Source of the DNA: Psammoneis japonica | Taxonomy: Eukaryota | DNA length: 64,000 bases | Reading direction: 5' to 3' | Assembly (NCBI GenBank): GCA_008632985.1 | Contig: QPGO01000227.1 | Span: 1 to 64,000, forward strand | Shown: positions 58,700 through 64,000 of the stretch, in pieces | Layout of the letters: every line of letters starts with the position of its first letter | How positions within the stretch are numbered: the stretch's first letter is position 1 | Notes under the pieces: generated by a model | What the model saw: the letters and a program-made list of their open reading frames with translations, nothing else | What the model was told of the DNA's origin: nothing | Databases searched by the model: none | Translations under genes and position numbers: made by a program

Positions 58700-61600
58700 T
58701 TCGACAACCACGCCACAACCAAGTAAATCTAGCTGCCGGACAGGCTCAGCCACTCACAGTCTCAGTGCGACAGTGCGAACACAACCAATGAGATGCTTCT
58801 GGGCCTGTTGCAACTGCAATGGATGCAACAAGTGAAGACCCATTTCGCGGTCATCGGCGTCACTGTCTGCATGCCACGTCATGGTTTCTCCACAGCACCT
58901 CCTAGAGCACACTGGGCAGTCCCTGATGCACTGGATTTCATTTGGTCCCCTCGAAATGTGCCTGACTCGTAAGACACAACTCGATCCTGTGCTGTGTCAG
59001 AGGTCCAACTCAAACAATCTTGACTCATCGATCGACGTAAAACGCCAACCCTCCATGCGTGGTGCAAACCCTCACTGGGGAAGAAACTCACCACCGCTCC
59101 ATGCATCCATCTCAATGCGTGAACTTGTCTAACAGAAAATTCCGTCTGACAGACGACATGACCTTTGTGAACAGATTGCTCAGGTTTGTCTCTGTTCCCT
59201 CCTTTGCAATCCTGACAGTCCCCGCAGCAACGGCCTTGCGGTTGCGGTGATGCACAATGGAGTGATGCTTCTTCTTGAGTGTGGACTCAGGAATGGAGCA
59301 ATTCTTGTAGACGGCCTCATTGTCACAGAAGACATTTGTTGGCCCTTTGATCGGCACCCCAAACATTCGAAGCTTGTGTCACAGACCCTCCATGAGCTCG
59401 ATGGCATTCTTGAGTGCAACGATCTCAGCCCCAAATGTGCTAGCCTCCATGGTGTTCTGATGCTTCGAGTGCCACACAATGGGTGCCCGATCAACAAACA
59501 TCAAGATGCCTGCATGGCTGTGACGATCGGCAACATTTCCGGCATGGTTGGCATCCACAAAACAATGTGTCGACACCACGTTGCCTCAAGCTGGCGGTGC
59601 ATTTGTCGGAATGGCTTCTCTTGCATCTCGGCAGAAGTCATGCCAGTCGCATTTCACGAATCGCGATTCATCGATCTTGGGATGAGCCGGATCAAATGCC
59701 ACTTGGCGCTTTGGAACCTGTTTGAGGCATGCAAAGACATGATGCGAGGAAGAGCGAGGTGAGCAGACATTGACGAAACCTCCAAATGGATGTCCACTCC
59801 ACCGAGTTCCACAGCCCAAACCAGCACGCCAGTCAGCTCTTGACAGCAGTGAAGTCCCTCAGCGTCCAATTCGCCAGCAGTGTCTAACTCGGGTTTGCAT
59901 CCACTGCTCAATGGGGTTGTCGCCTTGCTGGGCAGACGTTTCCCCTCCTCACTGAGCTTGTCCTCTACATTTTGGACAGCAGCCTTGCAGCACTTCTCCG
60001 CAGACATTGCCCAACAGGTGGTCCCATCGGCTAAAGTCATCTTGGAAAGCGCGGCACCGAGATGAGAATCCGGTTCGGCTGCCTCATCACCCTTGAGCTT
60101 GAACTTGGACCTGATGCCATCCATCGTCTTCATGGGTTCGTGACCAATCAACAGCACGTCGTCCACATAAACTAGAACGCATTTGCATTGCTCGAATCCA
60201 TCGGGTTTCACCGCAGGTTGCATCCATGCATCCGGATCAGCCTTGCTCGGTTTGCACCCTGGATCATGAAGCGTCTCCGCTGGAAATGCCCTGAATGCTG
60301 CTCTGGAGCTCTTCAATCTGTGTGGGGCTCTGACCACAATCATGATGCAACCTTCATCCTCGCCAAACTCGGAACCTGCTCTGGTCCAAATCTTCTCCCT
60401 GCAAGGGGCAGCAAGGCAGGCGTTCTGGGTGTCACATGCAAAGACTTGCAAGTCATTGAGCGCGGCAAGCATCAGTGCAATCCTTGCCAAATCCCAAGAG
60501 ACGACAGAGGAGCAGGTGATGTGTGCGGGGGGTTCAGCAGTGTGGCCTCCAGCCACCGTGCGAGCTTCACAGCGGAAGTTTTCTCCCAATTTGATGTCAA
60601 AAATCACACCACACTTCACTTCCTGGAAACCAGGCATCATGCCCTTAAGTTCCCCTTCATGCTCATCAAAAGCAACCCACACATTCTTCATCTCCATGCA
60701 AATGGCGTCCCACCACAGGGTGTTGCCATTTGCGCGATTGATCTGGATCACCTCCTTGACACTCTTTGGGATCCGCACGCCAAACTTGTGTGTCCGAAGC
60801 CAATGTTTCGACTTGACCTTCGCAATGGAATGCTTGCGGGTTTTCATGACATGAGGGACCCACCAAGCAAACGCTGCCTCATTTGAGATCTTGTGCTGAA
60901 TGGCAAACTCAGCAACTTGGACTGGGAAGCTCTCCTTCACAATCTTCAAGTCGATCCAAGTTGTGCTTCCATCCTTCCATTGGAATGGGAGTTCCCATCC
61001 TTTGGCAGTCTTGCGCCTCTTCCGAACGCCTTGCTCGGTCTCAAAGAGCTCGGATTCAGGAACGTCCCCATTGGTGCGGCAATCAACGATCTCGTCAAAT
61101 GAGACATGCCGGTTTCCGTCCTTGTTGATCTGAGCAAACACATTCATGGCGATGGAGTTAGCAGAGAGCGCAGCATGGTGCCCATCAGGGCACTCTACCT
61201 CATGCATCCTTGCATCAAGGATGGGATTGTCATTGGCTGTTCCTGTTGGAACACCACTGGCATCTCTCAGCCTCTTTGTGACATGAGCAAACTCAGGACC
61301 ATTGTCATCTCTTGGAAGCGCAACTTCCATGTCAAGGCACCCCCAGTCTGCCGCCTCCGGTGAGGCTTCCTCGTCTTTCTTGTCGTCATCATCATTTGCC
61401 ACCTCCTCTGAGGACACGACACGATCATGCTCATCGAGGAATTCATCGTCACATTCAAGGCAGTCTTTCCAGTCTTTGGGACTGATCTTACAATCCTCGT
61501 CATCAGGGAAGTCTTGCTCCTTCAACCGGTGCTTGATCTCCTCGTCAAAACTGTCAAACTTTGCCTTTTTCTCTTGAGTGGCGGCTTCTAAATTGGTGAC

Positions 61601-64000
61601 TCGTTGAACGGAAGTTCTCGAAATAACGCTGCCTGTCTGTGTCAGAACACAGTGCGACATGAGACTCCCTGTTCCATGAGATGCACCAAGCCACCTGCCG
61701 AGCTTCTCGTCCCCTGGACCGGCATTCTCCCTGCACCAGACCCAATCATAAAATCCAAAGTCAAGGCACTCCGAGATGTCCACGGTCTCTCCGAGAATGT
61801 TCTCCAGTGGCACTCCAGCATCCAAATGATGTGCTCTAAGGAATGTGCGAGACATGGTCTCACATGTCCACGTAAATCCGCAGTCCCACAGTGCCGCGGT
61901 GCTTGCTTCTTGACCACGATGCGGAACCACTTGCGTCTGACCTCGCGTACAACCCCTTCTGCAGGGTTCTGGTTGTGTCGATCGGGTTCGATGATGTGAC
62001 AATCTATGCCCTCCTTGCGCACGGTCTTCATGAACTCCATGCCAGGTTTTGTTTGCTCCTTAGATCCATCCATCAGGAGTTTCTCTGGCACGCCAAATTC
62101 CTGGCAAAACATTTTGAGAGCTTCGCCAGCCTCACTCTTTTTGTCCATGGGATAAATCGCAGCAAAGCATTGCTTGTTTGTTAAGATCTGAGCATGTCAA
62201 TTGCCCTCCAGCAAAATCACCTTGCCATCAACCATGTTGGTTGCCCATTCACCCCGTAACCCAGGCTTTGTGAACATCCAATTGGCCCGATGGCGTTGAC
62301 CCATTGGCATCAATGCTGACCTGATGAGCTTTTGCACAGTCTTCTTGAGTGCACTTGCTGCTTGCTTGAGTCCTGTGCACCATCGTTCACTCAAGTCAGC
62401 AGCCGATGCATCACCATGTCTCTCCTTAGACATGAATGTCTTTGGGAGTGCCAAGTCTTCAGGTCCTTTGCCAATTGTTTCCGTGGTGGAGATCTGGACT
62501 GTTGACTCCGATTCCACGTTGACGGCAGCCATGAGCCTTGATTGGACTTGATCGACTCCACAAATGAATCGCTCATTGCAACAGTCCCTGGATTGAGGGT
62601 CACTGCAGGCAGGATCAGCTTTGAACTCGTGTGTCAGATTGGCATGGATCGTCGCAATTGACCGAACTAGCTCCATTTCCTCCTCCGCAGATCGTCGAGT
62701 TCCAATGGATTTGAACTTGACGGTCTGTGGATCCCAAGGTTGTTGGGAGGTCATCTGGATCTTGGGGCATTCGTGCAATTCCTGCTCTGCAGGAGTGCGA
62801 GTTGCCACAACAACATTGGTCCCCACAGCTTCAAGTGGCATCATGAAAGATCTGTCCTCTGCAAGGACACACAGTGGCAAATCAGAGCAGGGGTTGTCCT
62901 GAACCTTAACACCAAAGTGCTGCAGCTGGTTTGGGCCAACCAGCGAGTGCTCCATGGAATCCGGCATCCACAAGCCCTCGTGGAAGACCAGAACAAATGT
63001 TGCTCCCGATGTCGGTGACGTCCACGCCGTGGCTGCCGAGACAATTGGGACACTCTTGATGGAATTGCATCCCTCGTTAAAAGGCGATGCATCACATTCT
63101 CGTCCAGAATGACCTGAGAGGGTAAAGTTTTGACCAAAAACAGTGGTGTCAGCATGCGAACCCATTTCAAGGCGTCCATGCTGTGCCTTGCTCATGTCAC
63201 GGATGTGAGTGATTCGTGTGGTGTCAGACCGCGTTGCCGAGACACGCCGTGTCGAGGTGACAACCTCACAGACGCGTTTGTCACAGCCACGTGGGTGCTG
63301 CTCCTTTGATCGATGCGGCTGTCCCCTGCCCCATTGCAGCAACCACAACAAGAAGTTTGTGATGCAACAGAGCAGGGTCCAGCTTGGCAGTCATTTGTTC
63401 TTTCCTCTGTGCTTTTCACTGCGACCACCGAATGCGTCTCCGGCATTGTCTCTGTCTTTGCCGCCAGCCCTTGATTCATCATCGCCAGAATCGGCGCTGG
63501 CATTGGTGTTCAGGGCAGAGATTTTGCAGTTTGCTTCTTGCGACTTGACGGATGCAGCACAGCGTTTGGTTGGTTTGGGTTGTTTGGCAACACCCAGACG
63601 CACGCGCTTGTCGACAACCTTCTGTTTGTCCTCCTCACTCAACTGGTGCCAATTTTTGTGGTGTCCAGTGTCAATGGATCCATCCTCATCATAGATGGCA
63701 CCACCCTCTCTTCCGCCTCCACAGGTGACTGCGGCAATCGCATGACGATGCGCAATCGTCTCTGGAAGGGTGGCAACTTTTGCAGCAAGATGATTGGCCG
63801 CCGTGGTGAACATGATGCCTCCTCCAAACTCATTCTGTGCCTTCAAGGTCTCAACTGCCGCTTGCAGTGATTGGTGCTGCGTCTTCTCAAAAAGCATCCA
63901 TGATTTCTGGGCCTCCGTTTTTGGTTCGTTGTTCTCCTCAAAAATGTCAAACATTTCTTGAAGCTTGTTGACAAACAACTCAAACGGCACAGCGCGTTCA
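58700..64000 (-). mobile_element. Ty1/Copia (CoDi-like) LTR retrotransposon, decayed, running off the window end
   Basis: Domain order is gag-PR-IN-RT-RNase H. The candidate PPT TTTCGAGGGGA is near 58950. LTR limits are approximate. Confidence 0.9.
59112..63990 (-). pseudogene. Copia gag-pol polyprotein (frameshifted, hypermutated)
   Basis: Protease LEMGSHADT (normally LDSHADT). Integrase MDGSKEQ and HNQNPAEG. RT RTHKFG and LVYVDD. RNase H VDANHAG, STFGAE, FCDNEAV and KKHHSI. Confidence 0.92.

Noticed and set aside
59112..63990. Alternative genetic code explaining Tyr->Cys/His
   Set aside because: Neighbouring host genes read normally in the standard code, and paired repeats differ at the DNA level.
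6644..64000. Hundreds of overlapping 60-250 aa Cys/His/Gln-rich ORFs in all six frames
   Set aside because: They are a by-product of TpA loss, which removes TAA/TAG stops and creates TGY/CAY codons. They are not real Cys-rich proteins.

Overview
This is eukaryotic DNA, most likely from a pennate diatom. The evidence is a DUF6824-type gene, a CoDi-like Copia element, a diatom-type LINE and GT-AG introns. The window is dominated by nested transposable elements, with two small islands of intact host genes (about 41.2-43.1 kb and 47.3-53.2 kb). (1) A 24.5-kb CACTG-terminated CMC/EnSpm-like DNA transposon (181-24681, TA target duplication) carries its transposase plus four cargo genes: a Cys-rich protein, a class-III PLP aminotransferase-like protein, a GNAT plus papain-like protein, and an RS-rich protein with tentative TET/JBP-like and HhH-like motifs. 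(2) A young, nearly intact Sola2-like element (1308-6643) is nested inside it, and five related MITEs with 4-bp TSDs are scattered across the window. (3) The rest comprises a piggyBac-like MITE, two LINE remnants, Copia remnants, a Zator-like remnant and decayed host-gene copies (kinase, GH47). (4) The most striking signal is a domain-restricted TpA->TpG/CpA hypermutation. It turns Tyr into Cys/His and removes TAA/TAG stops throughout the repeat zones, but spares the host-gene islands and most of the youngest element. All family assignments are by-eye motif recognition and no database searches were run.
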